A stretch of 64,000 nt of DNA. It comes from Bilabrum cf. latius. Lineage: Eukaryota. A program made the position numbers and the translations under genes. The stretch lies in contig OZ237740.1 in the NCBI GenBank assembly GCA_965178125.1, positions 620,001 through 684,000 of the forward strand. The letters are read 5' to 3'. Below the pieces are notes generated by a model. That model saw only the letters and a program-made list of their open reading frames with translations, did no database searches and was not told where the DNA came from. Of this stretch, positions 36,502 through 52,843 are shown piece after piece. Numbering within the stretch: position 1 is the first letter of the stretch; every line of letters starts with the position of its first letter.

Positions 36502-39500
36502 ATGATTTCCTTCGATGCGCTTGAAAAGGAAAGAAAACAGGCAAAGCCTGGTCGTGAATTAGCAAAGCGTGCCAAGCAAGAGAGAGAAGCCCGCTTACAG
36601 GAGAGGCAAGCCCAGAAAGTGCAGAAATGGTGGACCGGGCGATGTAAATCCAGGCAAGGGGAAAGAGCGACCGCCGCAGCAAATGCTAGGCAACAGATGT
36701 TATTGATCAATAGACTGATGACTGCAAAGGGTGGCGATTTTATTGTGCCTGGCTCTGCAACTGCAAAGGTTGTGGTGGAGGCTCGGCGAGCTGGGTCTAG
36801 CCTTGACGGTCCTACGTCATCAGCAGTGCTCGGGCTGTTTCTGGGAGCCTTGAAAGTGTACGGTGTTGATAAACCAGCTAAGATGAAGCGTTCCATATTG
36901 CCAAGCTCGCTTAATAGCAAGGCTGCCGTGATGGACACCTTGGGCGGAGCGTGCTCAATTCTGGCGGCATTTCGGTGGGAAGAATCCCTACACGGTCGCG
37001 TGTTCCGACGACAATGTTTTGCTTCTGCTGGGCTGGATGCAGTGACGTTTTGTTGTAAGATTGTTCGCTAGACTGCTTCGCTGCGAGCAACAGCAGATTC
37101 GCTGTACGGAGACAATGTCAAGTCAGCACAGCGGGCAATGTTCTCGGTATTTGATGCCCCTGCCTCTGTATGTCGTGTATTGCGAGGAATTCCGTCGCCT
37201 GATGAGGATCGTGAGGCTATCAGCAGCACAGTGGCTTCAAGCAAGGATCTGGTGGCTCGGATGCGTGCTCGCCGAGCCAAGGTCGTGGGCACGGTGCATG
37301 CTGCATTGGAAGCTCTGATCGCCCTGCGCGCATTGGCGTCAACCATGGGCATCCATCATGATGAGATGCATGGTACGAAGGGCCGCAGTGGCGCTGCCTC
37401 TGGCGCGGGTTCGAGCGACCCGGCCAGGGCGAGTGCTCGCTCGTGGCTGTCGCTGGACATACCCCTTGCAGCCCTCAGCATGCCATTCGCCGCTGAAACC
37501 ATCCCACCGGGAATGCTCCGTGGCATATTGGCAGGTCCATCACTGGAAGCAGCTTTGGTGAGAATTTGCGAGGCATCCACCGGTGCCAAGCGAGGAGACA
37601 AGCTCGAGCAACTGCTCGCCTCGAACAGCTTTGACGCGCTGGCAGAGTCGCTTCCGCTTAGGACATCTAGGTGGGGATCAATGCGACTCAAACAGGCAGG
37701 AAAACCGATTTCATGCGTGGACTCTCGCAAGCTGCAGCCGTGGCGCCAGTGGCCGTCGGCCTGCTTCCTCGCCGCCAACCTTGCGGCAATGCTGAGGCAG
37801 GGTGATCTGCTGCAGGCGAGCAGCGAGCAGGTGCTGGGACCCGAAAGGGCAGTCGTGTGCGCCAGCATGGTGCTGAGAGCCACAAAAACGAGAAGAGCTG
37901 CGAGTGCTGGCAGCCGATCATCGGCGGTGAATGTGTGGGAGACTGCAGCCTCAGCGCAAGACGCACCCGAAGCAGAGGCAGTTTCCAAGCGGACCTGCAG
38001 CCCCACAATGCTATCGCTCCTGCTGCGCGCAACCCGCGCGAGCATCATGGTACTCCCTGATAACCTTTGGCAACAAGCAGACCCGGTGCTACTCGCGAGG
38101 ACAGGCGTGACCACTCGGTCGATCGACATGCCGCAAGCCCTCAAGCGCTCCTTGCGAGGGCTCCTCACGACTGCATTCGTGGGCAGGGCGAAGCATGCGG
38201 CGCTCCACATGGTGCCAAGCAAGCTCAAAGACCCGCTGCTAAGGAGGGGCGTGGACGATAACACAGAGGTCAACGATCGAACGGGAGAGATAAGGCCGAC
38301 AACCGGGAGTGGCGCCGCTGGGCCGGGCGTTCTGGGCAGGGTGGGAGCATTCTTTCGCAACTGCTTCGGGTTTGGTGGCGAGGAGTCCGATCATGCATAG
38401 CCCCCCGCTGTGCCGCCCTCTTCGTCAACGGCAGCCCACTCTGGCGGCCCGCTGGCCGACACGAGCAAATCGGCACGCTCGGCTGCCAGCGGGGCAGGAG
38501 CTGATGATAAACCTGGTCCAGCCAAGCCAGACCCAGGATCGAGCCGAGCGTCCGCGTTCAACGTGTACAACGTCATGTCTCTGTGTTCCCTCCTCGCTGC
38601 AGTCGCTCAGCGCGCAGAGGAGAATAGGCACTCATCGCACATGGACACGAGGCCTCTCTTCGGGTCGCAGGCACTGTTGGAGTGCATCGCTTTCGGTGGC
38701 CGCACGCCGGCCTCTCGGCTGCTGTGGTACTTCGTGGAGGACGTCACGCCTGACCTAGAGGCGTGCGCCAGGGACCGGGGCTACAAGTGCCTCGCAGCTC
38801 CGGATGGGATGCACGCCGTGCTGCACGTGTTCTGCGTGGCTCTCACGGGTGTGCTGCAGGTGGTTGACTCTGACGAGCTGCATCACGTGACTAGCCCAGT
38901 GCCCATGTCCAAGCCGAGGTTAAGCAAAGCCATCAACCTTCTCAAGACAATTGTGGGACGCGCGCACGGCTGCTCTGTCCGCAGTCGCACAATGCTTGGA
39001 TTCACGACCGACGAGTCGCAGATTGCGGCCATGCCCGCCACGGACTATTGGCCGGCCTTCGAGACCGCCGCGGCGCGAGCACTCCGCACCGCTTTTGAGC
39101 GGCACGTGATGCGCCCGCTATGTCCTCCAGACACCTGGCTGGTGCCAGATCCCAAGGACTCGTTGCTGAGAAGTATGCCATTTGCCTTGCCCTTTGAAAA
39201 CCGAGTACAGCGATTCATGCACCAGTGCGCAACTGCAAGAGGTGGATACAGGGACGATGGTTCTGTTCGTGTCGAGATTCGGAGGGTGGAGGGAGGCGGC
39301 GTAGACGTTGGACACGCCTTCGCTCAGCTCTCTCGGATCCCTGATGCGGCCTGGAAGCGCAAGCTAAGCGTTCGGTTCGTGAACGAGTTTGGGATGGCAG
39401 AGGCTGGGATTGACGCCGGCGGACTGGCCAAAGATTTGTGGACGTCACTTTCGGGTACTCTCTTTGACCCCAGGTACGGTCTATTTCGCACCACGGACAC

Positions 39501-40383
39501 TGGCTTGCTGTATCCCAACCCTGCGTCTGACGTTGTCCTGGGACGGGAGCACCTGCAGTACTTTCGGTTCGTCGGAATTTTGCTGGGGAAAGCGCTTTTC
39601 GAAGGAATCGTGGTGCAGCCTCGGTTTGCGCACTTCTTCCTGGCCCAGCTCCTGCTGAAGCCTGTGCTGGTAGAGCACCTCGAATCCTTGGACAAGGAGT
39701 TCTACAAGCGGCTGGTCCAGATCAAGCAAATGGACCCCGATATCATTGAGAGCCTGTGTCTCACATTCACCACGCCGAGAGACGAGCTGAGCACGTCAGC
39801 AACCGGTGCAGCGGCTGCGGGAGGTGAGGTGGCGCTGCTGCCCGGAGGAGCCGACATCGAGGTGAACGGAGACAACGTGTACCGATACGTTGCTGCTGTC
39901 GCGGACTACAAGATGCGGAGGCAGATCAAGGCGCAGGTGGATTGCTTCAGGCAGGGCTTCTTTCTTCTCATGCAGTCGAGGCAGCTGTCCGTGTTCAGCG
40001 AGCCGGAGCTGCAGGCCATGATCAGCGGGCCGGAGGGTGACCTCGACATTGATGATCTGCAGGCGCACGTGAGGTACCTAGGCGGATATACGGGCTTGAG
40101 CGGGGCAATCCGCAACCTATGGCAAGTGCTCCGCGAGTGCAGCTCGGAGGACTAGCGCAGATTCCTCCGGTTCGTGACAGCGTGTGAGAGGGCACCGCCC
40201 CTTGGGTTTGCGGGCCTAGAGCCTAGCTTCGGGGTGCAGCTTGCTTCTGGCGGGGACGAGAGGCTACCCACTGCATCCACGTGCTTCAATATCCTCAAGC
40301 TGCCTGCCTACTCCTCCAAGCGGGTGCTTAAGGCGAAGCTGCTTGAGGCCATCCACTCCGGGGCTGGCTTTGATCTGTCGTAA
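36502..40383 (+). CDS. HECT E3 ubiquitin ligase, UBE3B/UBE3C-like (1293 aa)
   Basis: N-terminal IQ-like QKVQKWWTGR; PFALPFENRV, EAGIDAGG, catalytic RLPTASTCFNILKLP, terminal GFDLS then TAA. In-frame TAG at 37069, 38398 and 40153. Confidence 0.93.
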
Positions 40384-40732
40384 GGTACCTCAGGTACCAA
40401 GCGTATCTTTACGTTACGTGATAGGATCCGGATAAATTACCGCAAAAATATCAAGCACATCCTTGGATGGAGCTAAGTCTCCTGTCATGCAAAAGAAAAA
40501 AAGAACGGATACTGGGTCAGGTGCATGGCCTCCCTCTCCCCCTTACGACCGCTGAATCTTGCCGGCTACGGAACATCTCTGGTTTCAATCCACTAAGATT
40601 TCTACTCAGGGGGGTTGCTGGACAGACCGTACATATTGTCGCTAGGTGGCAATCGGTCATCTTCGGTTGGAAGCTACGATATGTCGCTATGAAGCAGGAT
40701 GCATCCGTGACCCCAGGGTCACGGATTCACCA

Positions 40733-43700
40733 TCATAGCCGATCCGTCACCCTCGACCGCACCACTCGGTAATCCACGCTCCACCCGTCGGGCAGGTGCT
40801 TCGGCTCCACCGCCTCCACGAACTGCCTCCTCCACTCCCGCACGAACCACGTGATCCGCCTCTCCAGACCCTCGGGCAGCCCCGATGCCCCTTGTGCTTC
40901 TGCCTCGGGGAGGGCCCCCTTCAGCATCGCAGACAGCTCTGCCGATCTGTCGCTCCCACCGCCATCTCCGTCCTGCTCCAGCCCCTGCACCTGCACCACC
41001 ACCGGGTCGGGACGCAGCCCGATGCTCTCATACAGATCGCCCCCGGGCCCCGGCCAGGTCTGGCTAGCGCCCTCTTCACCATCGGCAGATGCACTCCCCG
41101 ATCCATCGTCATCCTCGGCACGACCTGCCTTGCCAGCCTGCAGCGTCTTCTGTGCTTCCACCATGAACCATGGCGAGAATGCCGACATGCCTTCTGCCGC
41201 CCTGGGTCCGTTCAAGACCATCCTGACCACCTGCTCACCGTGCACCTGCGCCGAGTAAAGCGCCGAGCTGTCACTGTAGCGGATGCTGCGAGGTGCCATC
41301 GGATTCGGGCTGCCCTCCGTAGGGCTGTGGCCAGACTTGCTGAACACGATGCCAACTGACCGCTGCAACATATTGACAACATCATCATCGGAAGCAAGCT
41401 CGATGAAATCATCAGAAAGACGAACAGCTGCTGCCCCACCAGACGTGCCGGCTCCGCTGCTCGCACTCTGTGAAGCAGACCCATCGGTCGTGTCGTCCAG
41501 GAGGTTGACAATCCCGGCGAACACAAACAGTCTCTGCCAGCACCAGGCCTCCAGCACGTGCTGCTTCTGCTTGCGCCTGCCTCTGGCAGCCCCCACAAGC
41601 GGGTTCACCTGCTCTTGCAGCAAATGAACGAGCTCCTTGGCGCTGCACCGCAGGACCAGCTGCACGGAATCGTCTCCCTTCGAGCCTCTCCGGGTCATGC
41701 TGACCACTGTCGGCACACGTGCTGGTCCTGCCGATTCCGAGACAGCCTCATCAATTTGCGTGTCGTATTGAACCAGAACGCGCACGCCTGGCGGTGAGCC
41801 CATCCTGATATACGCCTGGACTGCATCAGCCACGGGAGCGGGCGCTGGATCGGTGCCGTGCTTCCCTGCCTTGCTGACAGCAGTGCAGCACATGGAAGCG
41901 ACGACCCCAAACCGCTTCGGACGCTCCCGTTCCGTCTCAGGACCTTTGTCAGCTGCCGGGTCTTTCAATGCCTCGAGTGCGGCAGCTGGGGCCGACTGCT
42001 CCCTTCCGTGCGAGCTATGAATGCTCCCCGATCCACTCGCCGCTGATCTCTGCTTCTTGGTACGCTCGTAGAAGAGGACCCGCTCTCGAGGCAGCATATA
42101 CGCTCTGTACTTGGCAGGCACTGCATGCACGAGCGAGCGGGCCATGTCCCTGCTGCGAGGCACCAGCATGTACTCTGCAAACCAGCGCATTGTCCGATCC
42201 TGGGCCTGCACCGCAGCGGGGCGGCACTTCACGCAACACAGCAGCACGTCATGTGCAGTCCTGCTCTTTGCCTCGGCAGGAAAATGAATCCTGTAGCACC
42301 TAGGCACAACATACAGCCTGCTCAGCCCATCGTAGCTCCCGCAGCACACGCACGAGTTGGTCTTGGTCTTGAGGTGGTACGGGTCGTCTCGCATTCCCTT
42401 TCCTCTCGCCTTGCGTTTCATGCGCATGAATTCGATTCCCGCGTTCACGATGGACATTGCAGCGGAACGAGCCCCGGGTGGGTCCAGCGGTGGGGAGGTC
42501 GACACGCGCTCGTCCTTGCGCTGCTCGAGCAAGTCTTCAGGAACGTACAAGAACCCATCGTCGTCTTCTTTGGTGGAGTGTCCGTGGTAGAACGCGTCGG
42601 CCCTTTTCTTCATCAGGTCGGGATCCTTGACTGCGAACCCAAGTCCTCTCATGATGTCCACGGTGTCAAGCTCACCGGGCCCGGGAGCTGACAGCGGGGT
42701 TGCATCCGATGCGCCGCCAGCAGAGGCGACACCTCCCACCGACTTTGACTCGCCGCGTTTCTCGTCTGCACTAGCTCGAGACCCCTTCTTCTAGAGTTTT
42801 CGAACGACCTTGTTTTTCTCTTGGGGCTTGACGTAGACGAGCCCGCGAGCAATGTACCAGGCTGCCCGTCGCTTCGAGATGTGGCACAGCAGCGACCCAG
42901 ACACATCCCGCAGCTGCAAATTGTCGTACAGCGGCCGATCCATGGCCATTGCGGCGAGCTTTTCAAGAGTTTTCTGGTCTCTTCCTATCTTTGAATTGGA
43001 CTGCGTAGCAGCCATGGCTTCTCTCACCTGGGCCACCGCGGCGTCGCTCGGCCACCGCAAGGCTTCAAGCAAATGGACCGCTGCCGAGACAGCAAGCGGG
43101 TTCACACGCCGAGACAGGGTGCGTTTGGACCGCGGTAGAACTTCAGGAGGTTCAACAGCCGCTTGAAGCTCTAGCAGACCGGTGACAGACTTGTCGGGTC
43201 CTGATTCATTGCCACCAAGCACCACGCTGACCCGCCGCAGGGCAGAGCCAGGGTGCACCGCGTACCCGCCCGTCGGCACAGTCCTGCTGGTGATGCTGTG
43301 CTCGTACCCGTGCGACAGGCACTGTACTACACCATTTGACACGAATGGAAGCATCTTGCCCCACTCGGATTCCAGCAGATTCTCGGCTCTCTGCAAGCTA
43401 GGAGCAGACTTACGGATCGCCTCGGCAACTCCCCGAACGCCGGCCATTCTCTCGCCGGACTTGCCCATTCGCAGCTCCTTGGACGTGCCAATAGACACAG
43501 CTATCCTAGCCAGATCGGCATCCCTGCACAGAAACTGGTCTGACTCATCCAGCGCTCGTGCTGCCACCAGCCGCCATCGCAGCAGCTGCACGAAACAGGT
43601 AGCCACGCGCGGGTGGTGCTCAACTATCCCTGTTCCGGAGCCTCGCTTGGTCGATACAGTGCTTGATGTAGTGGTCGCCGGTGAACTAGAATCTCTTGTC

Positions 43701-44941
43701 AACGCTGCTTTGCTACCGGGCCCCGAGGCCGGGCTAGCTCCCGCAGCAACTCCAGCCGTGGCACTTCCTGCAGCAGCTCCTATCTCGCCCACTCTTCCAA
43801 TGATCCTCGCCACGCTCTTAGGCGGCACCACTAGCTTGCCCTCGTCTTGCACCGCGTTGGAGCGGGCTGCAATAGCATGGCTCTGCTCGGACAGAATCAT
43901 TGCATGCGTTCGCTCCATCACGGCCTTGACGGCATCTTCCGTCAGTGCATCCTATGAAGCGTCTCCTCGGCCAGGAAACGTTGCGTGCAAGCCCGCAGCT
44001 GATCCACCGCTTGAACCAAAGGCTGCAGCCTTTGCCACGCTTCCATTTGATGACTTCGCTGCGCGTTTGAACCGCCGGTCCTTCTTCTTCCCCTTGTCCT
44101 ACAGTACCTCCTTGGCCTTGATGATGGAGGACAGGAGCCTCCTCAGCAGAGGGAGGAGGACCGCACTGTCGTCGTTTGCGTACTAAAGCATGGCAGCAGG
44201 GAGCGGCCGCACTCGCCAGTCGGAGGCCTGCCACTGCTTGTCCATCGTGTAGCCGATGTACTTGCTCGACAGAGCAGCGAGGGACAGCTTGGGCTCGCCA
44301 AGCACGCGGGCGGCTGCGGAAGTGTCCAGAACTGGATGGGCAACACGCAGCCCAAAGTCCTCGCGCAACCATTTGATGTCGTTTGTCAGTGCGTGAAATA
44401 ACTTTACTACGCGTTCGGATTGAAGCAAGGGGCCTAGCAGCTCTGGTATGGCCGCCCGCACCGCTGGAACGGTGGTATCAAGTACAACGTGGTGGGCAAT
44501 TCCCTCCTCGGCTGGATACCAGCTCAGCTGAACGAGTGGGACGAAGCCCGAGTAAGATCTCCGATGGTGATGTTCTAAATCGATGCTAAGTATACCACCT
44601 CTGCCTGGTTTCGCCTGCAATAATCGCTAGGTGGCCTGTAGCTTGGCAGTGGTGTCCACCAGCTATACGCCAGAGACCTTCGAGAACCGTGCCGTGAAAC
44701 GGCCGGCGCTCTCAATCTGACGCAAGGCGTTCAATAGAGACGAACTTCCAGGAGATGTGCATGCCGTCACTTCCCTAGCTGCAATGGAACAAAACTTCAT
44801 AGGAGGCCTATGCCTCTGCGGTTCAGCTTCGTCACGCGGAGCAGGCCGAACCACCAGCTATCCTCGCGCAAAGGATGAAAGTGATGCAAGTCCGGCAATC
44901 AACGAGAATGCTGTCGCAGAACTGTCGAATATGCTGTCCAT
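40733..44941 (-). CDS. DEDDy 3'-5' exonuclease, RRP6-like with EXD2/RRP6L3-type C-terminal domain (~1400 aa)
   Basis: IDLEHHHRRSYSG, DIKWLREDFG, DWRVRPLPAAML*YANDD, HRDC-like RALDESDQFL, LYDNLQLRDVSG..WY, CVCCG…HDVLLCCVKC, WRRQF…PKHLPDGWSV. Single frame with TAG at 44858, 44663, 44183, 44099, 43952, 42791 and others. TGA 40733. Confidence 0.85.
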
Positions 44942-44952
44942 GACTTTAATAA

Positions 44953-47570
<2,618 letters not shown>

Positions 47571-48256
47571 GGCAGAGGGTTGTGGGGCTGAGCGCGTATT
47601 GCGGTGGTCATTGTCACTGCGCTGTACTCAGAGGCAAATTTTCGTGCAATTACAGCAGTATGCGCAGCTAACAAGCAGTAAACAAGCATTTCGTCCCAAA
47701 TCTGTGTCACGTGTGGCGGCGCCTCTTGCTTTGCTCCTCTGCTTCCGCGGTGCTTTTGGTGTTCCTGACTCCTTCTGCGCTGTCTTCGGGCCTAGGCCGC
47801 ACCTGTCCCGCGCGTGGACGGTGCATATTTATGAGCACCTAGTCGCTAGAAGAGGGCTGATCCTTCTCCGGGGCGCGGGGACATCTGATTCCGGGCCATT
47901 TGACAGCAAACTCTTGCGTTGGAGCATGGTGGGCTAGCATTGACACTCTCATCACAGAGAGGCACGCTGCCCATACACACGCCCCCTCCGTCTTCGCTTT
48001 CAATTGGATCTGATGGAGCCAACGAAGTCGCTGCATTGCTGTTGCTGCCGAAGCTTCAGCTTTGATCGGAGGTTCCGTGGAGGACCTTAACCCTTCTTTC
48101 AAACTCTCTTGAACCTGGAAGGATTTTCTTTTGTTTTTGCCTTCTGGGTGGGCATGGCCAAAGGAATCCACGGATGGTTTCATCACCGGATCATTCTGAG
48201 TGTGATGATTGCTCGAATTTGCGTCGCATGCACAGTCTGACTCGTTTCGGGCGAGC

Positions 48257-51200
48257 ATGCTCGGTCGCGTTGCGCTTGTTTGTATAATACTTGTGATTCC
48301 AGCCTTGGGGGCAGGTGAGAGAGTCCGCTGGTCGTATTTTTACAGAGGACGGATGTTACTGCAACGATCCTTGCGAGCGGGATCCAGGCCTCTAGGTTCG
48401 TCAGCCGCCCCCCTCTTGGCGCGCATCGCAGGCATTAATCCGTCATTGTGCCAATCAGATGGAACGCTGTCTCTTGGCGGCACCACGGAGTGGTCGTGCC
48501 ACCAGGGCAGTGGAGTTGACCCTGGCTCGTTCGAAGTAAGTGCCCTCAGAGCCCTGACTTTCCTACTATGCGACAAATTCACGCCATTTGTACATGTCCT
48601 CTCCTCCTTGCTCGCAGACCATCCATGTGGATCTGACGGTCCCGTCTCGAGCCAGCGGTGACGCCTCTGCACCAGCATTCCACGAGCTGTAGTTCGTCCT
48701 CTGGGACCCTGAGCCGGGCGTGAACACTCAGCACCCGATATGGAGGCAGCTTCACTCCAAACTGGTCGACTCGGGGCTGAACACATTCACGGCCTTCCCC
48801 GAGGTGTACCTGATCCCTCCCGGAGGCGATCGGACCTCCGACCTCAACCTTACCGACAACAAGGTCGAGGGTTTGCGCCCCCCGCGCACCAAGGATTGGA
48901 TTCCAGGTACGATCCCTTCTTTAAGCGAGGCCAATCTCGCGGCTTGCGGCTACCAGTACGCCCGCACGCAACCCTACTTCAACTTCATCTCCACCACCCG
49001 GACCGACGTGCCCACTGGCAACACGTCGACGAGCCACTATAGTACGCTGGCAAGCATCGCCGGGGTGATCCCCAGCCCCACATAGGGCCGATGGACCTTC
49101 GTGCTGAGCCTGGCCCCCACCCTGTACGGCTCTCCCTCCAATCGCGCGGCGGGCAAGTTCCGCTACGCCGTGGCCATGAGGTGGACGAGGATGCGCGAGG
49201 GCAGGATACGGGCTGACCGGTCTGCGATCATGGAGGGCGGGGACATATTTCCGCTCGCGGGACACTTCCTCAATGGCACGACAGAGGGCACACCCTCGAG
49301 AGCCGCGGGCCCCGCTGTCCCATCGTACCAGGACGTCATATTCCCCATCAAGCAGGGGGAAGGCGTCGCCACGGACCGTCCCAATGCACTCACGAATCCC
49401 CAGGTGCTGCCCGGAGAGACCATCTGCGCGCCCATCACGGAGCGCTTCAGCGGCGAGAACTACATGATCGACGGACTGGTGAGTGCTCTGAGTGGATGTA
49501 GTCAAGTGGGTGGATGTAGACTCTACTGGATGGAAAGATCCACGTGTTGATGGACGTGCGGTCGGGTATATCCACCCACGTGGCAGCCCTTCCCAGGCTC
49601 CCTCTCCCCGGTGTCCTGCCACCCGCACGCCCATCGAATCGCCGCTTCTCAGTCGCTTCCACCCATCCCCCCCTCTTCCTCCCCTTGGTCTTCCCCCCGC
49701 CACCACTCCACTCGCAGACCATGCGGGTACGCACTCTCGTGCCGCCTCCCTCGGTGGGCGTGCGCCTCCTGGAGCAACCCGCGTTTATCGGCGGCATGGA
49801 TCTGCCCCGGACGTACAACTTTTAGGTGGCTTCCACGCGTACGTTCCAGAGCGGGTCTACCCAGTTCAGCTTCGCTAACAGCACCGCCTCTGGCCGGCAG
49901 GTCGTGGGCAACTCTGGGGTCATGGTGGAAGACCTGGGCCCACCTGCCACGCTCAGCAACGCCAGTCGCGGCCAGGACCTGGAGGGCACCGTGAGATTCA
50001 CCCTGAGCAAGCTAGATCTCGTCTCGGCGGACGGTACTAACCAGTACGAGGCCCTCCAGCTCAAAGCCCCCGTCCTCAACTCCCCGAATTTCCAGCGGGA
50101 CCTGGCGCCAGGAGCGACCGCCCCTGCGCTGCCCTACGACTCCGGCGCCAGCGGTCCTTTCCTGGCCCTGTCACTAGGCGTGGACGAGGTTCGCGAGTAC
50201 CCTAAGCTATACGACTCGCACCACGCAGTTCCCGCTGATCCCTCTCGGAACAACCTCCCCCCGGGACCCTCCGGCCGGCACGTGGGCCCGGTGCTCCGCA
50301 ACCTGCAGCTCAACACGACGACGTACGACGGCGACGTCACGATCCCCGCCGATTTTGTCGTTCTAGAAGTCGCGCACTACGACCCGCACTACTGGAAGGA
50401 GCGGGTGGTCTTCTCCAACGTGAGGGATGACACGGGCATGAACCAGACGGCATCGGATGCGACGTTCGATGTCTTTATGGTGCAGGCCTCCATCGCGAAC
50501 TAGGTATGGGGCACGGGATGGACGCTCGAGGTAGACCCTCACAGGTACTCGCCGCAGCAGGGCAAGGCCATCCGACCGGATGTCCCGGACACGTACACGT
50601 TCTTCAACCCCATATTTTACACGCACGACACCGCCAAGCCGGGATTGTCGAGCGGCTCGTTCACGCCAGCCCCCCCGTCGCCCACCAACATCATGCACTA
50701 CCTCTCTGACGGCTCCAACGTGTCCGTGGCCCTACGCAGCTTCCTGTACATTCGCTCCAAGCCCCTCGTCAGCTCTAATGCAGTTCAGAGGGCGGCCTCG
50801 CAGGGCAACGGATTGGCTCGCGTGACGTTCGACGTGCAGCTTGAGGTGGACTACCTGGAGGGCGAGTGCAGGGGCTTCCAGGACTGCGAGGGGGTCAGAG
50901 GAGACGACGGCCAGGCCATGCCCTTTTGCAACTTGATGAACGGAGGTGCTGCGTACCAGGTCATCCCACGGACCAAATGCGGAGACTGCAAGTATACTAG
51001 CAATGCAGGCGGCTCGGACTCGTTGTGTTCCGAGGGGCAGTACTGTCAGGTGCAGGACTCGGGCTTCTGCAAGAACCAAGTGGGGTGGTACGTCTGCGAC
51101 CAGGACTCGTACGACACGTTCGGCACCTGTGTGCGCAAGGACCCAGACGGGACTCTCTTCGGCTCGACATGCCGTGCCCTCAGCCCCTCCACCGAGCCCA

Positions 51201-52030
51201 TCCGGCAGTCCGGCTGGGCGGGCGGCAGCGGGTTCTGCGGCAAGGCCAAGTTCTGGAACGAGACGGCGGACGGACCCGGTCTCAACACCAACAACCTCAT
51301 TCCGCTGGCGGGCACGCTGCGATCGGTCCACTTCCAGGGCTACTGCTTGGCTGGCATCTGCCACGAGTGCGACCCCAACACGTGGGCGCAGAACGGAGCT
51401 GCCCAGGAGGTGCCCGGCAAGACGTGCCTGAACGGACGCATCGTGCAGACAGTGTCCGTAGACGGCACCCTCCGCACGCTCAGACAAGACGTGCTGGGGG
51501 CGTCCCAGATCGGGGCCTCTGCCCTCCTTGGTGCGCTGGTGCTGGGCCTGTTCGTGCACACGATCTACGCCGCCAATAGGCACAGGCAGCTGTTCGGAGC
51601 GCCCAAGATGGGCTGCTGCGAGTGCCTGTGCGACACGCTGCAGCCGTGGCAGTGCTGCGCAGTCGAGGCGTCGAGGATGCCATTGGCCTGCAGCACGTGC
51701 GGGCTGAGCCTGTGCTGCGATGAGTATGACCAAGGGGCGGGTCCCTCTCTCCGGCACATGAAGTGGTTCCAGGGGGTCAGGGTGGTGGCCGTGCCATCGG
51801 CGAATGGGGGCGAGCCGTAGCTGGCCTCGGGCACCTTCGTGGCCACTGTCCCCGCCGGCGGCATGCCCGGGGAGGAGACTGCTGCCGGGGGAGGGTCCCG
51901 AGTGCAGGAGTGGGGATCGTCGCCGGAATCTGCCTCGAGGACCATCAAGTCGCCGCTGCACCCGGGAGATGTGGAGCTGTAGGCGTGGGGTGAGTCGGGC
52001 AGGGCCCTAGATGGCGGCCGATCCACTTGA
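48257..52030 (+). CDS. Cys-rich type-I membrane glycoprotein of unknown function
   Basis: Signal peptide MLGRVALVCIILVIPALG. Probable introns at ~48315..48431, ~48536..48617, ~49479..49717 and ~50504..50560. In-frame TAGs (e.g. 49083, 49823, 50501, 51818). Many N-x-S/T sites, Cys-rich juxtamembrane region, TM IGASALLGALVLGLFVHTIYA, Cys-rich tail. TGA 52028. Confidence 0.65.
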
Positions 52031-52420
52031 CACCTCCTGGCACATGAATGGCAGGGGTTATTGCTGAGTTGGTGGCTGTGGCGGCCGTAGGCCGGGCTGA
52101 CCAAGTTTGTTTGTCTTGCAGGATGGATATATCATGACTGCTCACTCTGAGGTGATCTGACCTAGTCTACTGGAATTGGAATCATTCTACGAATGTAGCA
52201 GCTTTTCGCTGTCAGCAAGAATCAGCATCACAGCGAAGCTGTTATATTCGCAGAGAAGAAGGACTCCATGACCCGCCCCTCGTCGTACTACGGGAAATAT
52301 TCGTCAGCGCCTTCCCCCAGCTGGGCGCAAACTCCCATGCAACGGCAGAGTTGGTCGACATGAGGCGCGTGTCCTCCTCCATGGCTCGAACAAAGCCCGC
52401 CTGGTCCGACATGGGCATCT

Positions 52421-52580
52421 CGAAGGGCAGAGCCAGGAGCGCTTCCTGCTGGCCAAGGTTAATCCCTCCAAGCCGCGTGCATCACACGACGGTGTTGCCA
52501 GCAAGGAGGTGATCACGGATGATGTTAGTTTTTCCGTGCTCATGGAGCACTTGATCAAGCTTGCCGTTACGCCGTCGTGA
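52421..52580 (+). pseudogene. Orphan fragment encoding the last ~52 codons of Sec23
   Basis: EGQSQERFLLAKVNPS…LAVTPS then TGA, with no upstream Sec23 sequence. Conserved SVFMEHL has become SVLMEHL. Confidence 0.8.
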
Positions 52581-52843
52581 GGCAGAGGGTTGTGGGGATG
52601 AGCGCGTTTACCCCGTATTGCGGTGGTCATTGTCACTGCGCTGTACTCAGAGGCAAATTTTCGTGCAAATCGGGATGCAGCAGTATGCGCAGCTAACAAG
52701 CAGTAAACAAGCATTTCGTCCCAAATCTGTGTCACGTGTGGCGGCGCCTCTTGCTTTGCTCCTCAGCTTCCGCGGTGCCGTTGGTGTTCCTGACTCCTTC
52801 TGCGCTGTCTTCGGGCCTAGGCCGCACCTGTCCCGCGCGTGGA
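52421..52843 (+). repeat. Right copy of the direct duplication (orphan Sec23 3' fragment plus functional kelch 3' end)
   Basis: Matches 47411..47818. Confidence 0.95.
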
